64,000 bases of DNA from a virus: positions 1 through 64,000 of the IMG/VR virus record IMGVR_UViG_3300037483_000594. The stretch is one strand, 5' to 3'. The notes beneath the pieces were generated by a model. It saw only the letters and a list, made by a program, of their open reading frames with translations. It searched no databases and was not told where the DNA came from. The translations under genes and the position numbers were made by a program. Below are positions 1 through 9,734 of this stretch, one piece after another (the stretch's first letter is position 1; each line of letters begins with the position of its first letter).

Positions 1-1
1 T

Positions 2-3000
2 GCTGGGGCGTGGGCCGGGGGACAGGTTCTCTCCGGGTTTCAAGAGCGGCAGGTGACCAACCAGGTGCTGCGCAACCGGTTCGGTGGGGTTCAGGGGGTA
101 GGCGGGGGGGCAGGGGGTGGGTTCAACACCCAAGAGATGGGCTCCATCTCCACCATGATCCGGGAGATGGGTACCAGCGATACCTTCTCCAGCGTGGAGG
201 AGCTCACCAGGGTGCTCGACACCACCTCCCAGATGAAGCTGTTTAAGGGGGTGCAGAGCGCTCGTGAGTTCCGGCAAAGGTTCCGAGACACGGTAGCGGG
301 GCTCCGGGAGATCGCGGAAGACCTGCACACCACCCTGGAAGGGGCCACCCAGTTCTACGACCAACAACGCCAAATGGGCATCTTCGGCTCCCAGGCCATC
401 TCCAGCTCGCTTCAGCGCACCCGTGGGTACGCCGGGGCCAGTGGGATGTCCATGGAGCAGATGCAGACCATCGGGATGCAGGGCGCGCAGTTCGGGCGAG
501 CCGTGGGCATACGTGGGCGTGTGGGGGCGGCGGCCATGCAGCGCATCGCCTCGAACATCGGGGTGGGCATGCAGATCGGGGTGCTCAGTGACGAGATGGT
601 CAGCGAGGCTACCGGGGGGCTCACCGGCGCCGAGGGCGCACAGGCCATGGCCGGACAGATCATGGAGCGCAACATGCGCTTCTTGCAGCGCCGAGAGGGC
701 CGTGCGCTCTTGGCGGCAGCCTGGGACCCAGAGTCGGGGGGGATAAACCAGGGCATGGTCAACCGCATCATGTCCGGGAACGTAGACTTCAACCAGCTCC
801 TTTCCCAGGGGCGCCGTAACATCTACGGCTCCGGTCGGAACCGCAGCGAGTTTTTCCGGAACGAGGAGCGGTTGCGCGGGGATCTTATGGAGGCTGGAGG
901 AGGGGACCTGTCGCTGATGGTCCTCGCACGCCACTTCGAGAACCGGGGGGTGGACGAGGACAACCCCCAGCTCGAGCGCTGGTTACGCCGAAGGTACGGG
1001 GCCTCACAGGGTGAGATCGAGGCGGCACGGGAGATGTCCCGGAACATGCCCCAGATCATTGCGGAGAGCCGTGCCCGTGTGCTTCAACAGACCGAGAACG
1101 ACCTGAACACCAGGACAAGGGAGATGTCTGGGCTCTCTGGGCTGCAGAGGCGGTTGTCCACAGCCTGGTCCCGGGACGTAGAAGGTCCTCTCCGCCAGCT
1201 CGGAGACGACCTCACCACCGCGTGGACCCAGGGTGTTGAACAGATAGTAGGGGATCTCGAGGGGTCTATCACCACCAGGGTGGGGGCCACAGCGCGGCAG
1301 GCCGCGTCGGACGTAGCGGCGGGGCGCGCCAACACCTTCAACATGAGTGGGGCGGAGTTCCAGAAGTACCAACAGCGGCTGCAGCAGGTGCGTGCCCCGG
1401 AGATGAGTACCGTCGGCAGGATGGGTGCTGCCTTCGGGTTACGCTCGGGGTCGATGGCAGACCAGCTCATCCGCGCCGGGGCGAACCCCGATGTTGTAGC
1501 GGGCATGAGCCCTGACCAACAACAGCGTGAGCTCGTGCGGAGGCGCTCCGCCCTTGCGAGCTCCAGAGAGACCGCCATAACGCGTGCGGGGGGCCAGGCG
1601 CAGTTTGAGGCTTTGACCAACGAGGTCTCCCGCCTGGTGCTCTCGGACCCGGCACGGTACGGGGCTGTCTCCGCCACCGAGCGTGACCTCTTCTCCGGAG
1701 GGCGTGCTGCCTCTTACGCCACTGCCCAACGTCGAGCCTCGCGCCTCAGGGAGTCCAGTGCCTCTTTCCGGAAGGCCACGGAGGGCATGTCCTCCGAACA
1801 GATTATCGGGCTTATGCAGCAGTACTCCGGGGGGCTGGAGGGAACCGATGCCGAGCTCGTGACCCCGGGAGGAGGGGGGCTCGGGACCAGGGGAATCACC
1901 AACCAGCAGGCCGCGGCCCTTCGCCAAGAGGCTAGCAACCGTCTGGCTGAGCTGGCGGCGTCCAACGATCCGACACGTGGCACCTTCATGGGCGGGGTGG
2001 CCCGGGCGGCGGATACAGCCACTGCGCTCATGACTGGCATCCCGGGGTTGGCGGCAGCCAGGATGCTTGGGCAGCGCACCCTGCGCGTGAGTGAGCTGAT
2101 AAACAACCGAGGCAGCGCCACAGACTTTACCAACCTACTCAACGAGGCGGCAGAGTCCCCTGAGCTCTTCGAGGCCTTACAAACCCTGGCCACTGGGTCT
2201 GGGAGCGCCAAAGACACAGCGCGCACCAGCTTGCTGCAACTTGCCAACAGGCGTGCGGGGCAAAGCATCTCCGGGCCCTTGGGCGAGGTCAACCTTTCCG
2301 CTGACAACCAGCGTGCCTTGCGCTCCATCCTGTCGGGGGGAAGCCCTATGAACGAGGCACTCACCGCAGGGCTCGATGCCCTCCGCGGGTCTCAAAGCTC
2401 GCGCGCCCGTCAGCGCTACGCAGAGACGGAGACCCCCTTCCTCCGCGCTATCGAGGCGCACCGCAGCGCTATGGTGGATGCGCTGGGGGCGTCAACCACC
2501 GAGAACATCGAGCGCATAGCCCAGCGCCGGGTGCGCTTGGCCGAGTCCGGGGAAGGCACGGACGCGATCGCGGCCGCAGAGCGTACCCTCATGCAACAGC
2601 TAGTGTCCGAGGGTCGCATCGGGGACGTGGCCAACTTTTTGGCGGGGAGTGACTTCGAGGGAGCGGCCTACGTCGGCGGGATGGTGTCGAACATCGAGCG
2701 CCGTACCGCTGGTATCCGTAGGGGGCGTGGACGAGGCGCGGACAGTGCCCGGACCGCTGACATGCTCCAAGAGGCGCTGCAAGGCTCTTTTAGGGACAGG
2801 GGCGGCAACGCTGCACGCATCCGGCTCAACCGCTCGCAGATCCGAGGCATAGAGAGCGGGCAGTTGGGAACCGCGGAGCTTGTGCGCCAGCTCAACGCCC
2901 AGGGGCTGCGGTTGGCGGAGGGCACGGGGACAACAGACGTTGAGCGTGCGTTGTCCCCCTTGCTCGAGGTGGCACGTGGGGGTACCCAGCTCGGGGAGGC

Positions 3001-3259
3001 CCAGGACCGCGTTATCCGTGAGGAGCAGGGGCGCGCCGAGGGCACCAGGCATGCAGGAACTCCCGCCCGGCAGACCAGCATCCCTCAACAGCAGCTTGAC
3101 GTGCTGAACAGGTTGTACACGCTTACCGAGCTCACGGCCAGGCAAGCGGGGGTAAAGCAGGACGTCATAGCCTCGGCCATAGGTCGGCTGAACACCGGCA
3201 CCAACCCGGACGCGGAGAACAGACCAGCAGGGGTTGCCGCGCCGGCGGCAGGATCATAA
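2..3259 (+). CDS. Tape-measure-like tail protein (5'-truncated)
   Basis: Frame is open from base 2. >1080 aa, Ala/Gly/Gln/Arg-rich and helical; followed by a tail-type gene. Confidence 0.7.
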   Translation, partial: AGAWAGGQVLSGFQERQVTNQVLRNRFGGVQGVGGGAGGGFNTQEMGSISTMIREMGTSDTFSSVEELTRVLDTTSQMKLFKGVQSAREFRQRFRDTVAGLREIAEDLHTTLEGATQFYDQQRQMGIFGSQAISSSLQRTRGYAGASGMSMEQMQTIGMQGAQFGRAVGIRGRVGAAAMQRIASNIGVGMQIGVLSDEMVSEATGGLTGAEGAQAMAGQIMERNMRFLQRREGRALLAAAWDPESGGINQGMVNRIMSGNVDFNQLLSQGRRNIYGSGRNRSEFFRNEERLRGDLMEAGGGDLSLMVLARHFENRGVDEDNPQLERWLRRRYGASQGEIEAAREMSRNMPQIIAESRARVLQQTENDLNTRTREMSGLSGLQRRLSTAWSRDVEGPLRQLGDDLTTAWTQGVEQIVGDLEGSITTRVGATARQAASDVAAGRANTFNMSGAEFQKYQQRLQQVRAPEMSTVGRMGAAFGLRSGSMADQLIRAGANPDVVAGMSPDQQQRELVRRRSALASSRETAITRAGGQAQFEALTNEVSRLVLSDPARYGAVSATERDLFSGGRAASYATAQRRASRLRESSASFRKATEGMSSEQIIGLMQQYSGGLEGTDAELVTPGGGGLGTRGITNQQAAALRQEASNRLAELAASNDPTRGTFMGGVARAADTATALMTGIPGLAAARMLGQRTLRVSELINNRGSATDFTNLLNEAAESPELFEALQTLATGSGSAKDTARTSLLQLANRRAGQSISGPLGEVNLSADNQRALRSILSGGSPMNEALTAGLDALRGSQSSRARQRYAETETPFLRAIEAHRSAMVDALGASTTENIERIAQRRVRLAESGEGTDAIAAAERTLMQQLVSEGRIGDVANFLAGSDFEGAAYVGGMVSNIERRTAGIRRGRGRGADSARTADMLQEALQGSFRDRGGNAARIRLNRSQIRGIESGQLGTAELVRQLNAQGLRLAEGTGTTDVERALSPLLEVARGGTQLGEAQDRVIREEQGRAEGTRHAGTPARQTSIPQQQLDVLNRLYTLTELTARQAGVKQDVIASAIGRLNTGTNPDAENRPAGVAAPAAGS

Positions 3260-3272
3260 GCGTGGAGGTAAG

Positions 3273-3353
3273 GTGAAAGACTTTGAGGTCACACTCCGGA
3301 AGAACTACTACCCGGTCGTAGAGCACCTCGCGCGCGAAAGGGGTTGGAGATGA
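3273..3353 (+). CDS. 26-aa small protein
   Basis: GGAGGTAA RBS, GTG start, TGA overlapping the ATG of the next gene (ATGA). Confidence 0.4.
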   Translation: MKDFEVTLRKNYYPVVEHLARERGWR

Positions 3354-3616
3354 CACAGTACGGCGAAGGTATAGGTGGCACCTACACCGTGGTGACCCCG
3401 GTAGAAGACACCCCGGGGCGACAGGAAAAGGTGATCACCCGCATCGTAGACGGCAAACGGGTGGTGGTGCGGGTCCGTGCGGACGTAGCTCCCGTGGACC
3501 CCATGCTCGTGCTTATCCGCGCCTCCTTGTACTCCAAGGCGGTGCGCGGGGCCCCCTTCCCGGTGCCCCCCATCTCCCGCCAGATAAAAGAGGCGTTGAC
3601 GAGGATGGCGTCATGA
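3350..3616 (+). CDS. Hypothetical protein
   Basis: ATGA overlaps at both ends. Confidence 0.6.
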   Translation: MTQYGEGIGGTYTVVTPVEDTPGRQEKVITRIVDGKRVVVRVRADVAPVDPMLVLIRASLYSKAVRGAPFPVPPISRQIKEALTRMAS

Positions 3617-4920
3617 GCGTTTTCATTGAGGCTGAGACCGAGCCCTTTGAGGCTGTACGCCTGTCCCTGGCCCAAGAGCTCAACGAGGGTGGCGGGCACT
3701 CAAGCGCCGGGGTGCGGCGCCCAGTGCGTGGGTACGAAGCCAAAGAAAACTCGTTTGCCATGCTCCGGGTGGCAGGCCCCCAAAACGAGTTCTTCGAGGT
3801 CCTGGACGCTGCCGGCGAGGTGTTTGTCGAAGGGGAGGGTGTGCGGAAGACGGTGCACTACACCAACTTCTTCGTGGACAGTGTGCAGGAGGAGCGCGCG
3901 GAGAAGGTACAGGTGGTCGACACCTTCGGAGAGCCCATCGTGTTCTTCTTCGGGGAGTCCCCTCGGGTACAGCGGGTGTCCGGGGGGCTCATGAACAGCG
4001 CCGACTTCAACTGGGAGCAAGAGTTCTGGGCGAACTACGAGCAGTACTTCCGGGGGAGCAAGCTCGCCCAGCTCGGGGCGCGGCTCTACCTCATCTACGA
4101 CGACCGGATTGTAGAGGGGCTTATGCTCAAGGCCACGGCCACTCGTTCTGCGCAGGCTCGGGAGTACATCCCCTTCACCTTCGACATGTTCGTGACCGGA
4201 AGTGCCCCCGTGTCCCTGGTGGGTGACCCCAACTTTCCGCGTCCGGCCGGGGAGGTCGACTACACCGACCTTGGGAGCTACGAACAAGCGCTGCTCGCCC
4301 TTGAGCAGACACGCCGGCTCCAGACCCAAAACGCGGAGAAGATGTTGCTCGAGGCCAACCGCGCTGCCTACACAGCACAGGTGGGCCTGAGCACCCTCAA
4401 CAACCTTATCCGAGACGGGATGGTCAACGGGGGGACTCCCTCCATCTCCGGGTTCTTGAACAGGGCGGTGGGCGCCCTGTCCGGTGCTCGCGAGCTCAGC
4501 GCCGATCTCTTGGCCTCACGCACCGGGCGGACAAGGCGCACGATCCCTCTGCGCAGCACCTTTGTGAACAACGTTGACGAGTTCATTGGGGGTGTGCCCG
4601 ACACCGTCTCCGAGTCGGTGCTCAAGGACCTGTCGGTGACGGACCAGTGGAACAGTGTCAACCTCACCATCGACGACACCATCGCCATGATCACCGCTGT
4701 CGTGCCCTCCACCGAGATCCCGGAAGAGCCCTTTGACCCTGCACTGACCAGCTACCTGGACATGATGGGGCGCCCGGGAATGGCCGACGCCGAGATAAGG
4801 GAGCATGGCGGAAAGCGTCGCCGGCTCCTTCCGCAGTCCGGCTCGACCCGGACTGAGAGGCGTAGCGAGCTGCTACGCACAGTGCCCTTCGGGCTGGTCC
4901 ACTCCCCCGGCAGCCTGTGA
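3613..4920 (+). CDS. Putative tail/baseplate-associated structural protein
   Basis: 435 aa next to the tape measure; beta-rich N-terminal half (VQEERAEKVQVVDTFGEPIVFFFGESPR) resembling tube-initiator-type proteins. Confidence 0.55.
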   Translation: MSVFIEAETEPFEAVRLSLAQELNEGGGHSSAGVRRPVRGYEAKENSFAMLRVAGPQNEFFEVLDAAGEVFVEGEGVRKTVHYTNFFVDSVQEERAEKVQVVDTFGEPIVFFFGESPRVQRVSGGLMNSADFNWEQEFWANYEQYFRGSKLAQLGARLYLIYDDRIVEGLMLKATATRSAQAREYIPFTFDMFVTGSAPVSLVGDPNFPRPAGEVDYTDLGSYEQALLALEQTRRLQTQNAEKMLLEANRAAYTAQVGLSTLNNLIRDGMVNGGTPSISGFLNRAVGALSGARELSADLLASRTGRTRRTIPLRSTFVNNVDEFIGGVPDTVSESVLKDLSVTDQWNSVNLTIDDTIAMITAVVPSTEIPEEPFDPALTSYLDMMGRPGMADAEIREHGGKRRRLLPQSGSTRTERRSELLRTVPFGLVHSPGSL

Positions 4921-4940
4921 AATAGTAAGACAAGCGCTGG

Positions 4941-4946
4941 TATAAG
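4941..4946 (+). promoter_or_regulatory. TATAAG promoter-like motif at the start of the accessory block
   Basis: Intergenic GGTATAAGC; the same core recurs at 17039, 40720, 43813 and 51878 (-). Confidence 0.55.
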
Positions 4947-5031
4947 CTCTTGGCAACATGATGCTGAAGACGCTGAACCCGTCGGCCGGCAGACGGCAAC
5001 GAGCAACTCGGGCGTCTTCTTTAGGAGCAAA

Positions 5032-5889
5032 ATGCAATCATTTACAAAGAAAAACGGAAAGGTGTGGCTGATCGGTGTCGACCTCACCGGAACGCCACTC
5101 GTGGTGACCCAAGAGCGCGTCGACGGAAAGGTGCGCTCCTCCCACTACCAGGTACAACAGCAGCGCGGGCTGACCATACAGGAGTCAGCCAACCTCCTGT
5201 ACAAGAAGCTGGTCGACCAAAAGAGGCAGGAAGGGTACGAACCCACCGTCCCAAAGCGCACGCTCTTCCAGCAGCTCCCCCCTTCGTTCCTGCGCCTGAA
5301 AGGGCGCGCGCTCTCTGCCGTCCCCGACGGGGAGTTCTATGCTATCCAGCGCCAACCCGGTGTGGAGCTGTACGTCACGAAAGACGCCGAGGGCAAGGTC
5401 GCCCTTTATACCGAAAGCGCGGAAGGACCGCGCAAGGAAAACATCCGCTTCGCACGCCTCGCCTCTGTCCTCACTAAGTGCCTTCTCCACAACAACTCCC
5501 TGTTCGTCATGGACGTCACGTTCGAGCGCTTGTCCGGAGAACCCGACCCCGACAGGCTCAACACCATCCTGCAAGTGCCAGAGGCAAAGGCGCTCGCCTT
5601 TCAAGACCCGGCAGTCGGCTGGCTGCGCGCTGTCCCTCTTCTCCCACTTTTTGTTAACGGGCACTCGGTCGTCGGCATACCAAATAAAAAGTGGTTGAGT
5701 CTCTTGCTCTCCTTTCCGCTTTCTCCACAGGTTGCACGCCCTGTGGTAAAGCAGTTCTCGGGAGAGGTATTGCGCAAGGTGCGCGCTAGCGCGCTTGCTG
5801 TGCGGAAAGAGGGGTGCGCTGGGCAGTTTTTCATAACAGACGGGCCGGCGCGTGCGGCTGACGCGCTGTGGGAAAGGCATGATAGCTAA
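5032..5889 (+). CDS. WGR-like domain plus degenerate ATP-dependent-ligase-like region
   Basis: AGGAG RBS. N-terminus W-x-I...DGK...KRQEGY resembles ligase-associated WGR domains; FYAIQRQPGV occupies the position of motif I KxDG. Confidence 0.4.
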   Translation: MQSFTKKNGKVWLIGVDLTGTPLVVTQERVDGKVRSSHYQVQQQRGLTIQESANLLYKKLVDQKRQEGYEPTVPKRTLFQQLPPSFLRLKGRALSAVPDGEFYAIQRQPGVELYVTKDAEGKVALYTESAEGPRKENIRFARLASVLTKCLLHNNSLFVMDVTFERLSGEPDPDRLNTILQVPEAKALAFQDPAVGWLRAVPLLPLFVNGHSVVGIPNKKWLSLLLSFPLSPQVARPVVKQFSGEVLRKVRASALAVRKEGCAGQFFITDGPARAADALWERHDS

Positions 5890-6376
5890 CAAACTGCAAG
5901 CGGGTGTCCTGGCCCGCCGCCATGCTTTTGGCAACACTCTGCGGACGTGGTGGACACTTGCCGACTTCCGGGCGGGGGCTCCCAGGGACGGTAGGTACTG
6001 TGTCAGGGCCAACACCCCGGGGGGGCCGGTGTGCTACGACCTGTCTTTCGAGGAGGTCCAGGGGGGCATGGTGAACGAGATGGCCCCTGACCACGCCCTG
6101 CTCCTGCAGGGGGAGGTGACCGAGGTGGGGTGGGAGCTGCGGTACTCGACCGTCCCCGGGCTGCACATGCGCGAGGCCATGCTCTCTCCGGACAGAGCGT
6201 TCGGGCTCGCGGCCCGACTGCTCCTGCAGCGGGCCATGACCCCCAGCAGCTACAGTGACCTTCTTGCCCTGTTTGATGTTTTTCCGGAGCACGTCGTTGA
6301 GTTCTCCTCGTACGCTGTGCTCCTCGGGGACCTAAAGGGGCGTAACACCCTCATCTGGGAGGTAAGGAGCTATTAA
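5879..6376 (+). CDS. Phage hypothetical protein
   Basis: Coupled ORF ending LIWEVRSY. Confidence 0.65.
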   Translation: MIANKLQAGVLARRHAFGNTLRTWWTLADFRAGAPRDGRYCVRANTPGGPVCYDLSFEEVQGGMVNEMAPDHALLLQGEVTEVGWELRYSTVPGLHMREAMLSPDRAFGLAARLLLQRAMTPSSYSDLLALFDVFPEHVVEFSSYAVLLGDLKGRNTLIWEVRSY

Positions 6377-7143
6377 TGAAAGAACACGAAGAGTGGACAC
6401 GCCTGGGAGGACGGGTGATAAAGTGGGGCACCCGCGCTATCCGTGCCTTCGTCGGAGACGACCACAAGCCCTACTTCATTGGTATCGACGTAGCCCGGGC
6501 TCTCGACTACAGCAAGCCGTCGAGCGCTGTGGCACGTCACTGCAAAGAGCCAAAAAAGCTAAGGGTTCTGCATAGCCAATTCGAGGGGTATGCAGAATCA
6601 TTGAACATGAACGCCATTGGTGAGGAGGACTTGTACCGGCTGTTCATGGAGTCGACTACCCCCAAGGGGGAAGAGTTCCGGGACTGGATAACGGGCACCA
6701 TCATCCCGGTGCTCCGGAGGACAGAGGCTATCATCCCGGTGGAGGACGTGCCCAAGGAGGAGGCGTTGGCCGAGGTCAAGGCCTTGGTGGTCGCGCTGGA
6801 GCGCAGGCTAGAGCAGCTCGAGAGCGCGTCCTTGTCCGCCCGGGTGGACCTTTTGGACTTCGACACGCTGGTGCCCATGCTCGAGGCCGAGTCGGCGGAG
6901 GGGGTGAGGCACACCCTTCTCCGGAAGACCACCCTCCCCTTCTACTGCGTTACCGAGGACGCGGTGAAGAAAGCTGCGGTCATCTATGTCCTGAACGACC
7001 TCTTCCTGTGCGCTCAGACGCGCGGAATACCCTTCTTCCGGAGAAGGCGCAAGAGCACACTGGCCAAGCTCGCCGACTCCCTCTACGACGACGTGCAGTA
7101 CCTCGCCATCAACGTCTGCATGCTGCAGGCGCGTCATGAATGA
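6376..7143 (+). CDS. BRO-N domain (antirepressor-like) protein
   Basis: PYFIGIDVARALDYSKPSSAVARHC, IGEEDLYRL, FRDWITGTIIPVLR. Confidence 0.85.
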   Translation: MKEHEEWTRLGGRVIKWGTRAIRAFVGDDHKPYFIGIDVARALDYSKPSSAVARHCKEPKKLRVLHSQFEGYAESLNMNAIGEEDLYRLFMESTTPKGEEFRDWITGTIIPVLRRTEAIIPVEDVPKEEALAEVKALVVALERRLEQLESASLSARVDLLDFDTLVPMLEAESAEGVRHTLLRKTTLPFYCVTEDAVKKAAVIYVLNDLFLCAQTRGIPFFRRRRKSTLAKLADSLYDDVQYLAINVCMLQARHE

Positions 7144-7681
7144 CTGCGCGTTTGAGGACATTGAGTCCTTCGTCCTGGACTTCATCGATAAGTCCGACGT
7201 GGTGGTCGGGTGTGTAGCCTGGCTCAGCAACTACCGCATCCTGCAGGCGCTCGCGCGCAAGAGGGTGTCTATCGTGGTCGACGACCCTCTCCGGCACTCC
7301 CTGTCCGACGGAAAGGCCACGTTCCTTAAAAAGTCATACGCCAGGATGTCGCGTATGAACAAGTTTTGGTTTCACCCGCACCTGTTCAACTACGACGTGG
7401 ACGGCCCCGTGTACTACGCTGCCGTGCGTATGCGCGAGATGCCGGCCTTCAACCTCATGCACCACAAGTTCTTGGTGCGGTGCGCCTGGGCCCCTGCCTG
7501 CGCCCCGTTCTATGTGCAGCCCAGCGCTGTGCTCACCGGCTCCTACAACTTCACCCTCGCCGCCCGTTCCAACGAAGAGAACGTTGTTGTCGTCACTGAC
7601 CTCGACATCGTCCAACGCTTCTACGCAGAGTGGGAGCGCCAGTTTCGGGGGTCAACCAACATAAAGTGGGAGGAACCGTGA
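7136..7681 (+). CDS. Phospholipase D-family (Nuc-like) nuclease
   Basis: MHHKFLV...VLTGSYNFT...NEEN motifs. Confidence 0.85.
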   Translation: MNDCAFEDIESFVLDFIDKSDVVVGCVAWLSNYRILQALARKRVSIVVDDPLRHSLSDGKATFLKKSYARMSRMNKFWFHPHLFNYDVDGPVYYAAVRMREMPAFNLMHHKFLVRCAWAPACAPFYVQPSAVLTGSYNFTLAARSNEENVVVVTDLDIVQRFYAEWERQFRGSTNIKWEEP

Positions 7682-7998
7682 TAACCGAAAACCTCTCGGG
7701 CACTCTGTGCCTAGAGAACCCACCCCCAGGCCCCTGGCCCCCCGGGACCGTGTTCGGCCTCGAGAACTTCACCCCAGAGCTAACCCCTGTCATCTTCGGC
7801 AGCATCGACCTGCTTTTTAATTTGCAGGAGCTTCGGAGGTCGGGAGTGCCCTGCGCCTACGTGGTCCTTCGCGAGGGAGACTCCGTGCTTGAGGACACCG
7901 ACGTGTTCAAGTACGAGCTGGTGCACGCAGAGGAGCCGGAGTTACTTTTTAAAATCCAGATAAGCTCCCTCGGGGCCAGCTCGACGTTTCGTGGTTGA
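7678..7998 (+). CDS. Hypothetical protein
   Basis: GGAGGA RBS, GTGA overlap. Confidence 0.55.
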   Translation: MITENLSGTLCLENPPPGPWPPGTVFGLENFTPELTPVIFGSIDLLFNLQELRRSGVPCAYVVLREGDSVLEDTDVFKYELVHAEEPELLFKIQISSLGASSTFRG

Positions 7999-8083
7999 AG
8001 TACAACTACCGCATCCGACTCACCGCGGAGCAGGGGCGGGTGCTGAGCGAGCAAGGGCGTTTACTAAACGGAGAGGAGGTTCG

Positions 8084-8542
8084 GTGAGCGTAACGTTTTG
8101 GGTCCAGAAGGACCCCGGAAAGGAGCAGAAGGAGCTGTGCTACTGCGTGGACGATACCACTACCCTCGAGACGTCGCCTTTGCATGCGATGGAGGGCTGC
8201 CCCGTGTGTGGCGGCGCGGGGTGGGTGTTCGTTAGCGTGAACACCCTCCCCTCTCTCAACATCACCAACGTCTCCGCGCGCAACCTGCTGAACGCAGTGG
8301 GTGTGGTCTCGGAAGAGCTGGCGGGGACCATCCCCCTCTCCGCGCTCCGTGACCTGCGGCAAAGGGTGTTCGTCTTGGTGAACAGCAAGGAGGAACGAGA
8401 CAAGTTCCTTTCCCCTACCAGGGAGGAGGAACGCTTCGTGGACGTGGGAATTGATGCAGGCCGGTTCACCCGGCATTTGTACGGGCTGTGGGACGTGCTA
8501 ATCGCAGCCCAGAACGCCAAGAGTGGTGTGTCTTTCGGATAG
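8084..8542 (+). CDS. Hypothetical protein with CxxC
   Basis: GGAGG RBS before GTG; CPVCGG motif. Confidence 0.6.
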   Translation: MSVTFWVQKDPGKEQKELCYCVDDTTTLETSPLHAMEGCPVCGGAGWVFVSVNTLPSLNITNVSARNLLNAVGVVSEELAGTIPLSALRDLRQRVFVLVNSKEERDKFLSPTREEERFVDVGIDAGRFTRHLYGLWDVLIAAQNAKSGVSFG

Positions 8543-8551
8543 GAGGAATCA

Positions 8552-8704
8552 ATGGTCAAGCAAACGCTAAGGGGACTGAAGGTCAAGACGAAGTGTCCGA
8601 AATGCGGAAAGAAGGTCAAGTTCATGCTGCGTCGGAACCCCGACCGCCAGTGCCTCAGGTGCCGGGCGCACGTGCTCGTGGACAGCGCGGGGAGGTGCTC
8701 GTGA
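8552..8704 (+). CDS. 50-aa basic zinc-ribbon protein (not in ORF track)
   Basis: AGGAGG RBS; CPKC and CLRC pairs; GTGA overlap with the next gene. Confidence 0.6.
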   Translation: MVKQTLRGLKVKTKCPKCGKKVKFMLRRNPDRQCLRCRAHVLVDSAGRCS

Positions 8705-9393
8705 ACCCGGAAACCCTGGAGGCGCTGTTGCTGGTGAGCACACAGCTCAAAGACGTGGCTGCTGCCCTGTACCTGCTGGCCGACACCCTCGTCAGCCAGA
8801 CCTTGCACGCGGTCCCGGAGGAGCCGCCCAAGGAGCCCCTGGACCCCTCCCCCATGGCCGATGCTCTCCGCTGTCAGAAGCTGGAAGCCATCGCCGCAGC
8901 ACCACCGGACACCCGAGCGGACGAAGTCCCGGTGGGTCCTGTGGTGAAGTCCCGGGGGCACCGGATCGACTTCCTGGTGGAGACCACGAACCAGGCCTTC
9001 ATCCTCCGAGCGCTCTTCGAGGCAGGGGGTACCCTCTCCCAACAGCAGCTCACGGAAGCAGTCGGCGGAGAGCACCACTCGCTCAGTGCTGCGATCACCA
9101 GGTTGTGGAGGCGCGGGTACATCGACGCCTCTGACCGAGCCGCTATCCGGTTCGTCAGTGACTGGGGCCTGCCCCCACGCTTCGTGGGGGTTGGTGGCAG
9201 CCTGCGCCCCCCGGAGGTGGAGATTGTGGCATCCCGTATCACGAAGGTGCTCAGCGGGGTCACGATCCCTCTCACAGAGAAGCAGGTCGTGGCCCTTGTC
9301 GATCGAAAGCAGACGCTGGTTCTAAAAGCGCTCTACAACCTGGTGCGCACCGGGGCCGTGACCAAGAGCAAGAAGGGGTACGTGCTCGCATGA
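8701..9393 (+). CDS. Putative winged-HTH DNA-binding protein
   Basis: Two wHTH-like segments (LSQQQLTEAV...ITRLWRRGYI; LTEKQVV...LYNLVRTGAV). Confidence 0.55.
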   Translation: MNPETLEALLLVSTQLKDVAAALYLLADTLVSQTLHAVPEEPPKEPLDPSPMADALRCQKLEAIAAAPPDTRADEVPVGPVVKSRGHRIDFLVETTNQAFILRALFEAGGTLSQQQLTEAVGGEHHSLSAAITRLWRRGYIDASDRAAIRFVSDWGLPPRFVGVGGSLRPPEVEIVASRITKVLSGVTIPLTEKQVVALVDRKQTLVLKALYNLVRTGAVTKSKKGYVLA

Positions 9394-9734
9394 AGTTCAG
9401 CAATTCCAGCGTGGACGTGACCTCGCGCGGAAAAGAAGCCCTTGCCCTGGTGCTGCAGCTCGTGACCGACAACTGGAGGGAGTACCCACTCTCCGCGAAG
9501 CTGGAAGGGGACTCCCTCGTTCTCTTCACAGGCACCCACGGCTCACCGTTCCTCTTCTCGCTCACCAAAGAGGCACTCATCGAGTGCGTGTGGGCTTTTC
9601 TTGAGGGCGCGACATATCCAAACGAGCCTCTGAACTACGACGGCTCGTCTGGGAGGGGGTGGAAGATCACCACCGGGGACACCTGCGGTGTCTTGTGCGA
9701 AGTGACTCCGACGTTGGCACTTTTTCATAAGTGA
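9390..9734 (+). CDS. Hypothetical protein, paralogue of the next gene
   Basis: Shares VTSxGK, VWAFL, GxGWK and VTPTLALFHK with 9761-10129. Confidence 0.75.
   Translation: MKFSNSSVDVTSRGKEALALVLQLVTDNWREYPLSAKLEGDSLVLFTGTHGSPFLFSLTKEALIECVWAFLEGATYPNEPLNYDGSSGRGWKITTGDTCGVLCEVTPTLALFHK

Noticed and set aside
4964-5020. Hammerhead ribozyme (CTGAAGA core)
   Set aside because: No correctly placed GAAA or cleavage triplet follows the stem.
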